Part shown: one piece after another, positions 1-9,458 of the stretch
Layout: each line of letters opens with the position of its first letter
How positions within the stretch are numbered: the stretch's first letter is position 1
NCBI GenBank assembly: GCA_035942035.1
Contig: DASZDK010000023.1
Location: 743-64,742, forward strand
DNA: 64,000 bases
From: Acidimicrobiales bacterium
Lineage (GTDB): Bacteria > Actinomycetota > Acidimicrobiia > Acidimicrobiales > CADCSY01
Direction: 5' to 3'
Translations under genes and position numbers: made by a program
The notes under the pieces: generated by a model
What the model saw: the letters and a program-made list of their open reading frames with translations, nothing else
Told to the model about the DNA's origin: nothing
Database searches by the model: none

Positions 1-126
1 AGGTCCTGTCACGGCGGAGCAGGGAGACCGTCGCCGGCGCCTGAGCACGCCGATCAACCGTTCGCGCTGGCCGACGAGCCGGCGAGCCGGCATTGGGCGT
101 TCCTGGCGGCGTCGACGGTCGCGGCA

Positions 127-699
127 TCAGCCCGAACGCGCAGAGGATGCACTCGCCCAAGTCGTGCGGTCTGTTGACCAGATCAAGCCGGTTCCGCTGT
201 GGCCTGGGGTGAGACGCTCACGCTCTTCCTCGCCGTCAAGGCGATAGCCGAGCTTCGCCGCCACGGCAGCGCTGGCCGTGTTCGCCTTGTCCATGTGGAT
301 TTCGACGACGTCGATGCCGGGCAGGTAGTTGAACGCAGCACTGGTCAGGACACGGGTCGCTTCGGTGGCGTACCCGCGGCGGTGCCGATCACTTCGAACC
401 CAGTAGCCGAGTTCCGCGGTGCCCGGTGTCGGTAGGCGGACCCCGGCGGCCCCGACCAGGGCGTCCGTGGCTCGCTCGAAGAGGAAGTAGTCGAAGGTTT
501 CGCCGCGCTCGAATCTGTCAGAGCTCGCTCGGATCGCCGCTCGTTCAGCATTGGCTGATGGCATTACTTGAGCCAAAGGCATCCACCGTCGAAGTTCCCC
601 GAGACTGGAAGCGACCGCAGGGAGGAGCCGGTCCAGGTGCGATTCGCGCCAGCGGCGCAGCTCGAGGCGCTCACCGGGAAGCGCGGGAGGCAAAGGCAT
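127..699 (-). CDS. GNAT family N-acetyltransferase (RimJ/RimL-like)
   Basis: C-terminal 190 aa of ORF 127..1359, starting at internal Met MPLPPALPGERLELRRW. Has the acetyl-CoA-binding-type motif GYWVRSDRHRRGYATEA and the tail HMDKANTASAAVAAKLGYRL typical of GNAT enzymes. Confidence 0.8.
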   Translation of the reverse strand: MPLPPALPGERLELRRWRESHLDRLLPAVASSLGELRRWMPLAQVMPSANAERAAIRASSDRFERGETFDYFLFERATDALVGAAGVRLPTPGTAELGYWVRSDRHRRGYATEATRVLTSAAFNYLPGIDVVEIHMDKANTASAAVAAKLGYRLDGEEERERLTPGHSGTGLIWSTDRTTWASASSARSG

Positions 700-806
700 G
701 CCTGTGCAGTCTTCCTCGCCTGCGGCGCCCACGGCGAGAAATTCCTTCAGCGGCACCACCCGTCTCTCGCTGAGGCCGTCGGGCAGTTGCCGTGCTGCAA
801 GTCCGG

Positions 807-1320
807 CTACGCAGGGCAGTGCCAATGCGGGCGCTTCCGGTCGCTTGGCGACCGGGGCTGGTCGGGCGGTGGGAAGGCGCGGCGGAAATCGAAGGCCAAG
901 GGGGTCGGACCTGTCTGGCGAAGGTGTCGAATACGGTGTTCTGCCTCCTTGGTGGTTGGCCGGTGCCCCTCGGGTACCCACCACAGAGCGGAGGTCGCCT
1001 CCTCGACGCGGTGGAACCACTGTCGGCGCCGCCGCAGTACTTGGCGGTGCAAGTCCCCGTACACCCAGGTGGGCGAGCGCGTCGACCGACTCCCAGAGGC
1101 TCAGGTTCACGATCACCCCGGCGCTCCCTGCTGCGTCCCACTCGAAGGCCCGCACCGCCGTGGCGTTGCCATCCTCGGTTTGAAGGCGCCACACGAAGCC
1201 CACAGCCTCATCGGCCGACGCGTTGACGGGGTCAAGGGCGGCGACGAAGTCGGCGAGCTCCTCGGAGTCAAGGGCGGCCCGCAGCCGCGCGATGTTGACC
1301 TGGGCCAGGTGGTAGGGCAC
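807..1320 (-). pseudogene. DUF3291 domain protein, interrupted by a +1 frameshift near 1064-1066
   Basis: The N-terminal half (VPYHLAQVNIARL...WESVDALAH) lies in the frame of ORF 127..1359. The C-terminal half (VYGDLHRQVLRRRRQWFHRVEEA...) lies in the frame of ORF 807..1064. Removing one G from the coding-strand GGG run restores a continuous DUF3291-like sequence. Start taken at GTG 1320; TTG 1359 is also possible. Confidence 0.7.
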
Positions 1321-1475
1321 GCCAAACGGTAACGCGTGGGCTCTGTGGGTTTGCCGCAAGCCCAGTGATCAGGCTTCCCGCCCGCTGAGCGTCCGCGGCC
1401 GGCGATCGCGGGTTGTCGGTGCTCGCGGCTCTCCGCGTCGAAGTCAGTCAGTCGTGGCTGTGCCCCGCCGATGTC

Positions 1476-1931
1476 TCACCCGCGACCGTGGTGTCTGGCG
1501 ATTCGCAGGAGCACCTCGGCCAGGACCCGCTGCTCGTCCGCGGTGATGAGACTGGTGAAGTGGTCCTCGATGCTGCGGAGGTAGTGAGGAGCGGCCCGTC
1601 TCAGCTCCCGTCTGCCGGCGGCGGTGATGCAGGCAAGGGTGGCTCGCCCGTCTCCAGGATCTGGCGTCTTTTCGGCGAGGCCTGCGTCGACGAGCTCATC
1701 GACGATGCGGCTGACCCGGGTACGGGACAGCACGGCCCGGGCACCGAGTTCTTGCATGCGTAGCCGGCGCTCAGGGGCCCACTCGAGTTCCAACAGCACG
1801 TCGTACCACCACAGACTGATGGTTCCTTCCTCCGCCAGGTCCGCTTCGATGGCGCGCAGCGAGCCGGCATGGGCGAGCAGCAACGCTCGCCACGCAGCCA
1901 GCCTGGTGTCCTCCGCTCGGGCGCCGGCCAT
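1476..1931 (-). CDS. MarR family transcriptional regulator
   Basis: 151 aa with a winged-helix core (LRMQELGARAVLSRTRVSRIVDELVDAGLAEKTPDPGDGRATLACITAAGRR). ATG at 1931. Divergent from the rhodanese gene. Confidence 0.85.
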   Translation of the reverse strand: MAGARAEDTRLAAWRALLLAHAGSLRAIEADLAEEGTISLWWYDVLLELEWAPERRLRMQELGARAVLSRTRVSRIVDELVDAGLAEKTPDPGDGRATLACITAAGRRELRRAAPHYLRSIEDHFTSLITADEQRVLAEVLLRIARHHGRG

Positions 1932-1951
1932 GCGGAAAGCGTAGCACTTGC

Positions 1952-1963
1952 GTGCGTACGCAC
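1952..1963. promoter_or_regulatory. Perfect 12 bp palindrome GTGCGTACGCAC in the MarR/rhodanese divergent intergenic region (candidate MarR operator)
   Basis: Read directly from the sequence. It is self-complementary and sits 21 nt from the marR start and about 48 nt upstream of the rhodanese start. Confidence 0.4.
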
Positions 1964-2010
1964 ACGTCTGCTATCGTGTGCTGATGCACATAAACTCTAA
2001 GGAGGGCAGC

Positions 2011-2352
2011 ATGTCCGTTCCCCGCATCGCACGTGAGGAGCTCGCCGCTCGGATCGACGCCGGCGCCGATCTCACCATCGTCGAGGCACTCGGCCCCACC
2101 TACTACGCCGACGCCCATCTTCCAGGGGCCCGCAACCTGCCTCACGACCGCGTCGACGAGCTGGCGCCCAACGTACTGCCGAACAAGCACGACTTCGTGG
2201 TCGTCTACTGCGCCAACACGCCTTGTCCCAACTCTGACGTCGCGGCGCGGCGCCTTGTCGAACTCGGCTACACGAACGTCCACGAGTACGTCGAGGGGAA
2301 GGAAGACTGGGCTGAAGCCGGTCTGCCGCTCGAATCCGACGTTCCGGCGTAG
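2011..2352 (+). CDS. Rhodanese-like (sulfurtransferase) domain protein
   Basis: ATG 2011 is preceded by AAGGAGG (about 1998-2004). Active-site loop context is VVVYCANTPCPNSD, within a single rhodanese-fold-length sequence (113 aa). Confidence 0.85.
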   Translation: MSVPRIAREELAARIDAGADLTIVEALGPTYYADAHLPGARNLPHDRVDELAPNVLPNKHDFVVVYCANTPCPNSDVAARRLVELGYTNVHEYVEGKEDWAEAGLPLESDVPA

Positions 2353-2560
2353 CGAACGCCTCGGACACGGGGCAGCTCGCCGGGCTCACCGCTGCGAGGT
2401 CCTGCCGATGTGAGCTTCGGTGCGCCCGACCTTACAGGGGTGAAATTGAGTTACTCGCGGCCGGGCCTGAGCTCAAGGCCGTCGACTCAGATAGGCGGCC
2501 TCTCGGCCAAGGCTGAGGCGCCCCTACGTGCCGTTACCTGGCGTGGGGCCGCTCATCAGA

Positions 2561-3157
2561 TCACCCATTCGCGAGCGGGTCCTCCAGAGAGATCCCATGC
2601 CGACCGGCCAACTCGGCGACAACCCGTTCCACCGGTATGCCACGATGATCGGCGCTGGCTCGGATGAGCGCTACTGCCGCGAAGAGCCCGTAGCGCCAGA
2701 AGTCGTCGTTGCCCCACCAGACGACCTCGTCGAGTAGATCGGGCTCCAACCCGCCAGCCATGGCGGCGCTGCATAGCACGGCGTACTGGATCTTGCGGTT
2801 GTCCTTGCCCCGGAACTCGATCTCTTCGAGGTACGTCTCACGCAGACCCTCGTACTCGATCGGCCCGCCGCCCGCCGCGACGGTCTCCGTGAGCACCTCG
2901 GCGGCGACCTGCAGGTACACCTCGCCGGGGAAGGTGTCGTTCTTCGGGTGAAGGTCGACCGCCGCCGCGGACAGCTCCAACCCGTCTTGGCCGGCGACGA
3001 GACCGACGAGGAGCCGACGAACCGCCTCGTGCCGGTCCTGGTCCGTCACCTTCTTGCGAGCCACGACGACGACGGTATGCCCCAGCGCACGTCTCTGCAG
3101 CCGGTCGAGTCGCTGGCGGGTCACTGCCCGACTTCGTCCACCGGCCAGTGGGCGCAC
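2561..3157 (-). CDS. Hypothetical protein (no family recognised)
   Basis: 198 aa ORF co-directional with and downstream of the integrase. Globular-looking sequence (…IEYEGLRETYLEEIEFRGKDNRKIQYAVL…WWGNDDFWRYGLFAAVALIRA…). GTG start is uncertain. Confidence 0.5.
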   Translation of the reverse strand: MRPLAGGRSRAVTRQRLDRLQRRALGHTVVVVARKKVTDQDRHEAVRRLLVGLVAGQDGLELSAAAVDLHPKNDTFPGEVYLQVAAEVLTETVAAGGGPIEYEGLRETYLEEIEFRGKDNRKIQYAVLCSAAMAGGLEPDLLDEVVWWGNDDFWRYGLFAAVALIRASADHRGIPVERVVAELAGRHGISLEDPLANG

Positions 3158-3359
3158 CGATCAGGCGCTTGGTACCGCGTGCTGGGCCGGGCAGGGACGG
3201 CTATCGGCGCTTGCTCGCGCCGCGAGGTGCCGTATTACGCGCTTCCCCCGAAGCACGGTCGCGACTGCCCTCCAACGCCGGTTGGCTGGGGTGGCAAGCC
3301 GACAACGACTGCCCCGAATCCCGGGAGCGAGGGTCCCAGAACGTCGCCTCCTGTCGCGC

Positions 3360-4616
3360 TCAGCTCGTGCCCTGTTGCCGCTCGAGCAGCCCGTTCCAGG
3401 CTTCGACCGCGTGCGGCAGAGCCGGCCTGACCGAGTGGCGGTAGCCCTCGGTCGTCCGAGTGTCGACGTGGCCGGCGAGGTCGGCCACCTTCACCAGGTC
3501 GTCCAGCTGGTCGGACACGAGCGACACGAAGGAGTGGCGCAGCTCGTAGGTGGTCCAGTCGTCGCCGAGGCCGGTGCTCTTGCACAGCGCCTTGAAGGCG
3601 CGCCGCAGGTTCGACATCGTCATCGGCGTCCCGTTCCTCGTCGGGAAGACGAAGCCGTCGTCGTCGTAGAGCCCGAGCATCTTCTGCTCCTCCCGATGTC
3701 GGACCAGCGCGGCCACGAGCAGCGGGTGGAGCGCCATCCGTCGGTTGCCTCGCTCGGTCTTTGGTGAGGCCTGACCCACGTACTTGTCCTCGACCTCGAG
3801 CGCGCGCTCAGCGATGGTCAGGTTCGGCTCGTCGGAGTCGATGTCGACGAAGGGCCACCGCAGGCCGGCGAGCTCCCCCGGCCGGAGGCCGCACATCAGT
3901 CCGGTCAGCCACATCGCCGGGCGGGGGTCGGAAGGGATTCCCTTGGTGATCAGCTTCTCCGCCTGCTCGATCGAGAGGCTCTTGCGAGGCTCCGACGGAC
4001 GGCGCGCCGGCAGCAGGACATCAGCAGCTGGGTTGAGCTTGATCCGCCGGGCCCGCTGCGCGTGCTGGCACGCCTGGTTGAGGTAGTTCCAGGTCCGGTC
4101 GATCGTGCTCGTGGCGTAGTCCCGGTCGGCCATGTCCTTGAACAGGGCCTCCAGCCGCTCCGTCGTCGTGCGGTCGACCCACTGGTGGCCGATCACCGGC
4201 CGCACGCTGGTCCCGAGGAGCTGGCGGGCGTTGGCGATCGTGTTGGGCGACTTCTGGCGGGCGTGGCGGGAGTTCCTCGTCGGCGCCACGTTCGGGCAGC
4301 CGGCCTCGAACCAGTCGTCGAGCACGTCGTTGAACGTGAGCTGCTTAGTGCGCCTCGGCTCGGGCGCCTGCTCCTGGGCTCGCAGCGCCAGCAGCTCGTC
4401 GAGATCGGCCTGGGCGTCGGTCTTCTCGACCCGCTCGACCTTGCGGCGAGAGCCGTCCGGGAAACGGACCCAGGCCATCCACCGCTGCTTCGACTCATTC
4501 CAGCGGACGCTGGGTTTCCCGGCCACCGTGACACCCCCGACGTAGCCAACTGGCGAAAAGGCTACGTCCAGAGTGGCTACGTCGGCAAGACCGACTTCGA
4601 TCGAAGGCGGGTCCAT
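3360..4616 (-). CDS. Site-specific tyrosine recombinase (phage-type integrase)
   Basis: 418 aa with the catalytic-domain signature …GLRPGELAGLRW…, HPLLVAAL, YELRHSFVSL…LAGHVDTRTTEGYRH (R..H-x-x-R..Y pattern). It has an N-terminal SAM-like core-binding region. Confidence 0.9.
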   Translation of the reverse strand: MDPPSIEVGLADVATLDVAFSPVGYVGGVTVAGKPSVRWNESKQRWMAWVRFPDGSRRKVERVEKTDAQADLDELLALRAQEQAPEPRRTKQLTFNDVLDDWFEAGCPNVAPTRNSRHARQKSPNTIANARQLLGTSVRPVIGHQWVDRTTTERLEALFKDMADRDYATSTIDRTWNYLNQACQHAQRARRIKLNPAADVLLPARRPSEPRKSLSIEQAEKLITKGIPSDPRPAMWLTGLMCGLRPGELAGLRWPFVDIDSDEPNLTIAERALEVEDKYVGQASPKTERGNRRMALHPLLVAALVRHREEQKMLGLYDDDGFVFPTRNGTPMTMSNLRRAFKALCKSTGLGDDWTTYELRHSFVSLVSDQLDDLVKVADLAGHVDTRTTEGYRHSVRPALPHAVEAWNGLLERQQGTS

Positions 4617-4637
4617 GGCCTCTGACCAGGAGTTTCG

Positions 4638-4715
4638 TGGTGGAGACGATGGGATTCGAACCCACGACCCCCTGCTTGCAAAGCAGGTGCTCTAGCCAGG
4701 CTGAGCTACGTCCCC
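4638..4715 (-). tRNA. tRNA-Ala (anticodon UGC), CCA encoded
   Basis: The reverse complement is GGGGACGTAGCTCAGCCTGGCTAGAGCACCTGCTTTGCAAGCAGGGGGTCGTGGGTTCGAATCCCATCGTCTCCACCA. It folds as a cloverleaf with a G3:U70 pair, anticodon loop TTTGCAA, and T-loop GGTTCGAATCC. Confidence 0.95.
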
Positions 4716-4816
4716 GGGGCTGTACCGCATTCCTTGAAGGTTCCCCTCGGGGAACGAGATCGGTTCCATCGTAGACCTGCGGTGGTGGGAGCCCTCGGCG
4801 GGCGGCCCCCGACGGT

Positions 4817-6088
4817 TCACGCCGGCGGCCGCGTGTCCACGACGTTCGGCCGTTCGGCAGCGGGCAGGTCGTCTCGGCGTGCCTCCAGGAGCCGGCGCCG
4901 GCCGGCGACCGCCGCCGCCCGCTCGGGGGCGACCTCCGCGGCCAGGTCGTCGAGCAGGGCGGCCATCCGGCGGTGGATCTGGAGGGACCCCGCCCCCCAG
5001 TGGCGGACCTCGTCCACCGCCAGGGCCACGTAGTCGTCCCAGGCCGGCCGGGGCAACACGACCCGGAGCCGTTGTTCCGACGTGCGGGTGACACTGCGCG
5101 GCAGGGGGCGGTGCGCCAGTCGCCGGAGGAGGTCGTGGAGGTGGTCGAGGCACTGCACCGCTGTGGTTGGATCGTTGACCCCAGGCGAAAGCGTTCGCTC
5201 GGCGATGTCGACCAACTGGCGGAAGCCGAATGCGGGGTCCTCGTCGAGCTGGCGCTCCTTGGCGAGCGAGATGGCCCTGCGGACGGCGTCATCGTCGACA
5301 CCGTCGCCGTCGCCGTGGACCTCGACCAGGGGCATGCCGGTCGCCACGAACTCGCCGACGCGCGGCACCACGGCGAGGCACACATCCGCCCCCTCGGCGA
5401 TGCGACACAGGCGATCGACGTTGACGGACGTGACGACGCCCCGGGTCGCCGCACCGACCGTCGCAGAGGGAGCAGCAAGCGAGGGCAGGCCGACGTCGGC
5501 GGACTGGAAGTCGGCGGGATGCATTCGCTCGATGGCCGCTGCTGTCTCCTTGCTGATGCGGTCGATGATCTCGATCACACGGATCGACGTCGTGATGTTG
5601 TGGATGTACTGCATGAAGAACGCGACGGAGACGACGACCAGCGCGAACGACACACCCACCGAGATACCGGGGACGAAGCGGTCGACGCTGCCGCCGTCAC
5701 CCCGTACCGCCCGTAGCACGATGAGGGCGTACAAGAAGGTGGCGAGGAACACGCCGAGGGTCGTCTGGCTGCGCCGGTCTCGGAGAAAGGTGCGCAGAAC
5801 TCGTGGCGAGAACTGACCGCTCGCCAACTGCAGGACAACGATGGTGACCGAGAACACGAGGGCAGTGAGGGTCAGCATCGACGATGCGATCGACGACAAG
5901 AGCGCCCTGGCGCTCTCCGGGCCACCGGTGAAGCCGATGGAACGGCCTTGGTCGACCAGCTCTGCGTCGAGCTCCAGGAGCGCCAGTGCGACCGCAGACG
6001 CCACCACCACGATCCCGCCGGGGATGAACCAGTAGCCGGAAACCAGACGCGACCATGCACGCCGCAGTCGCCGCAGCAGTTCCGTCAC
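4817..6088 (-). CDS. DUF2254 family membrane protein
   Basis: 423 aa. N-terminal TM helices with …LQLASGQFSPRVLRTFLRDRRSQ…, characteristic of DUF2254, followed by a soluble C-terminal domain. Confidence 0.8.
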   Translation of the reverse strand: MTELLRRLRRAWSRLVSGYWFIPGGIVVVASAVALALLELDAELVDQGRSIGFTGGPESARALLSSIASSMLTLTALVFSVTIVVLQLASGQFSPRVLRTFLRDRRSQTTLGVFLATFLYALIVLRAVRGDGGSVDRFVPGISVGVSFALVVVSVAFFMQYIHNITTSIRVIEIIDRISKETAAAIERMHPADFQSADVGLPSLAAPSATVGAATRGVVTSVNVDRLCRIAEGADVCLAVVPRVGEFVATGMPLVEVHGDGDGVDDDAVRRAISLAKERQLDEDPAFGFRQLVDIAERTLSPGVNDPTTAVQCLDHLHDLLRRLAHRPLPRSVTRTSEQRLRVVLPRPAWDDYVALAVDEVRHWGAGSLQIHRRMAALLDDLAAEVAPERAAAVAGRRRLLEARRDDLPAAERPNVVDTRPPA

Positions 6089-6244
6089 CGTGACGTCATC
6101 CTCACCGGGGCGCGAGATGTCGGTCGCGCCGTGGCGGTGACGTCGCCGGTCATGGCTGGACCATTACCCCCACTGTGGAGGCGGCATCTGGCGCTTCGGT
6201 GATGGCACCACCCATCCCGTCGCGCTCAGTCGACGACGGCGCCC

Positions 6245-7089
6245 TCACCCCTTGCCGTAGAGACGCGTGGTCAGGGGGGCGAAGACGACCGTCAGCCCCG
6301 CCGCCACCGCCAGCACGACGGCGACGTCACCGGCTGCGGCGTGGCCCTCCATCAGGCCTCGTGACGCCGTGGCCAGGATGGAGATGGGGTTGGCGTTCAC
6401 GAACGCCTCGAGCGGCGCCGGCAGCGTGGCGGGGTCGACGAAGACGTTGGAGAGGAAGGTGAGGGGGAAGATCCCCATGAACCCCGTCATCATCACCGCG
6501 TTGGGCGAGCGCATCAGCAGTCCGACGGTGGTGAACACCCACGACAGGGCGAAGGCGAACACCACCACCAGGGCCAGCGCCGAGAGCACCCCGCCGGCGC
6601 CGGCGCCGGGGCGGTACCCGAGGACCACCCCGAGGACGATGATCACCGTGCCGGCGATCAGGTAGCGCACGCTGTCGCCCAGCAGTGACCCGACCAGGGG
6701 CGCCGAGCGCCAGATGGGCAGCGAGCGGAAGCGGTCGACGACGCCGGTGGTCAGGTCGGTGTTGAGGGCGATCCCCGAGTAGACGGTGGTGAACAGCACC
6801 GACATCACCAGGATGCCCGGGAGGATGTAGTCGAGGTACGCGGCGGTGGACCCGGCGATGGCCCCACCGAAGAGGTAGGTGAACAGCACGACGAACATCA
6901 CCGGCGTGATCGTCACGTCGATGAGCTGTTCGGGCACGTGCTTGACCTTGAGCATCCCCCGCCAGCCAAAGGTGAGCGCCGCCGACAGCGCCCCGGCCTG
7001 GGGCGGACGGGGCGTCGAGGAGATGGCCCGGCGCACTGCCGCCTCGTCGGCGCCGGCGAGGTGCGCCGCCTGCGGGGTGGGATTGCTGG

Positions 7090-7093
<4 letters not shown>
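6245..7093 (-). CDS. ABC-2 type transporter permease (DrrB-like)
   Basis: Start set at the internal Met (MTSNPTPQ…), whose ATG overlaps the upstream ATPase stop as ATGA (7090-7093). Six predicted TM segments in an ABC-2 pattern. Confidence 0.85.
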
Positions 7094-8085
<992 letters not shown>

Positions 8086-8398
8086 GTGGCGGCTCGCAGG
8101 GATCGTTCGCCTGGTGAGTTGCAAGTTGAGACGGCATGCGTTCCGGAAAGTCATCGCGGACGGTCAGGACGGCTACGGGCACGCATGCTCCCACCACCAC
8201 GGCGTCCGTGTGGAGCGAATTTGCGATCCTGCACCACTCCACTACTTTCAGCTTGGTGTTAGGTAAGGCCGGTGCAGGGGAACAACGGCCCCCGTCTCAC
8301 ACGAGCGTGGTCGGCGGGACCCGCACTCCCTGTGCTCGTGGGGCACAGGCCCCACCGACTGGCTGAACCATCCACTCTCAACGAAGGGAACACCGAAC

Positions 8399-9196
8399 AT
8401 GAAGAAACTGCACGTGTTGCTGGCCTTGGCCCTGATGATGGCCCTCGTCGGCGTCAGCCCGGCCTCTGCCCAGCGCAATGACAACGGCAAGGGCAAGGCG
8501 CACGCCCCGGGCCAGGCCGACGACCGCGGCAAGGCCGAGGCCCAGGGCGGCGTGAAGATCACCGTGCACACCCACAGCAACAACGACCCTGTGTTCTCGG
8601 GCCTGCTGTTCGACACCGACCGCTTGCCCTTCGACTTCGCCGAAGGCGACGACTTCACCTACTCGTCCCGTCCCTGCCGCCTGCCCGCACCGTTCAACGA
8701 GTTGGGCCTGGACTTCAGGCCCGACTACCCGGGCGTCGATGACGACGCCGACGGCACCGCTCCGGTCCGCCACCGCGTCGAGGGCACCATCACCTCCGTG
8801 AAGGGCGACAAGGGGACGATCGAGGGGACCATCACCACGGTCCTGTGCGCGAACGAGGCGCTGAGCCCCACGCGCCCGGAGAGCGAGAACGTGATCGTCA
8901 CCCACTTCGAGGCCAGGTTCCGCCGGGTCTCCGACAACGAGGTCCGGGTCAGCGGGCAGTTCCAGTTCTCCCCCACCGAGAGCACCGGGACCTTCGCCGG
9001 CCTCGAGGGCCGCGGTTCGATCCAGGGTGTCCTCACCTGCCTGGCGCACCAGCGTAACCCGAGCCAGCCGACCTGCGCCCAGCGCGGGCACTTCGCCGAC
9101 TTCGTCGGAGCACGGGGCGACCTGACCAAGGGCCCCGGCGAGATCGGTCCCGGCCTGCGAGGCAGCTTCCGGGACGCCACCGTCACCACCGGCTGA
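8399..9196 (+). CDS. Secreted hypothetical protein
   Basis: Signal peptide MKKLHVLLALALMMALVGVSPASA|Q. 265 aa, no recognised family, and followed by a strong hairpin. Confidence 0.7.
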   Translation: MKKLHVLLALALMMALVGVSPASAQRNDNGKGKAHAPGQADDRGKAEAQGGVKITVHTHSNNDPVFSGLLFDTDRLPFDFAEGDDFTYSSRPCRLPAPFNELGLDFRPDYPGVDDDADGTAPVRHRVEGTITSVKGDKGTIEGTITTVLCANEALSPTRPESENVIVTHFEARFRRVSDNEVRVSGQFQFSPTESTGTFAGLEGRGSIQGVLTCLAHQRNPSQPTCAQRGHFADFVGARGDLTKGPGEIGPGLRGSFRDATVTTG

Positions 9197-9211
9197 CCTC
9201 CTGAGCTCTGT

Positions 9212-9245
9212 CCCGGTGGGCGGCGCCCATGCGCCGCCCACCGGG
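9212..9245 (+). terminator. Stem-loop (15 bp perfect stem, 4 nt loop), probable intrinsic terminator
   Basis: CCCGGTGGGCGGCGC-CCAT-GCGCCGCCCACCGGG, 16 nt after the stop at 9196. No U-tract, which is common in high-GC actinobacteria. Confidence 0.5.
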
Positions 9246-9285
9246 CAGGGCCGGCGGGCGGAACGGCGCTGAGCGCCGGACCCCG

Positions 9286-9448
9286 CTGCACTACCATCGC
9301 CCCCGCAGCGCAGGGAACCCGGTGCGAGTCCGGGGCTGTCCCGCAACGGTGACCGGGGAGCGAACCCCAGCACGGCCACGACCTCTCGGGGTGGGAAGGC
9401 CGGGGCGAGCGGTGATCCGGGAGTCCGGAGACCTGCCTGCCCGAGCAT
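9286..9448 (+). promoter_or_regulatory. Cobalamin (AdoCbl) riboswitch
   Basis: Conserved core GGGAACCCGGTGCGAGTCCGGGGCTGTCCCGCAACGGTGA, a GCCAC…GGGAAGGC element, and the B12-box-like AGTCCGGAGACCTGCC, immediately upstream of cbiZ. Boundaries are approximate. Confidence 0.85.
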
Positions 9449-9458
9449 GGGGTGACGC

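Larger units (their letters stand above)
2561..4637 (-). mobile_element. Integrase module adjacent to tRNA-Ala 3' end (integrated element or remnant; distal boundary not identified)
   Basis: The tyrosine integrase starts 22 nt from the tRNA 3' end. No convincing direct repeat of the tRNA 3' segment was found in 1..3360, so the extent is unknown. Confidence 0.4.

Noticed and set aside
385-413. A partial match (TTCGAACCCA plus flanking similarity) to the tRNA-Ala 3' arm, considered as a possible distal att repeat of the integrase element.
   Set aside because: The match is only about 17 of 23 positions with a gap. It lies inside the conserved GNAT motif codons (…GYWVRSDRHRRGYA…), so it is most simply a coincidence.
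127-1359. A single 410 aa ORF on the minus strand.
   Set aside because: It is a composite of the DUF3291 N-terminal half, an out-of-frame read-through spacer, and a separate GNAT gene that starts at the Met at 699. The DUF3291 C-terminal half lies in another frame (807..1064).
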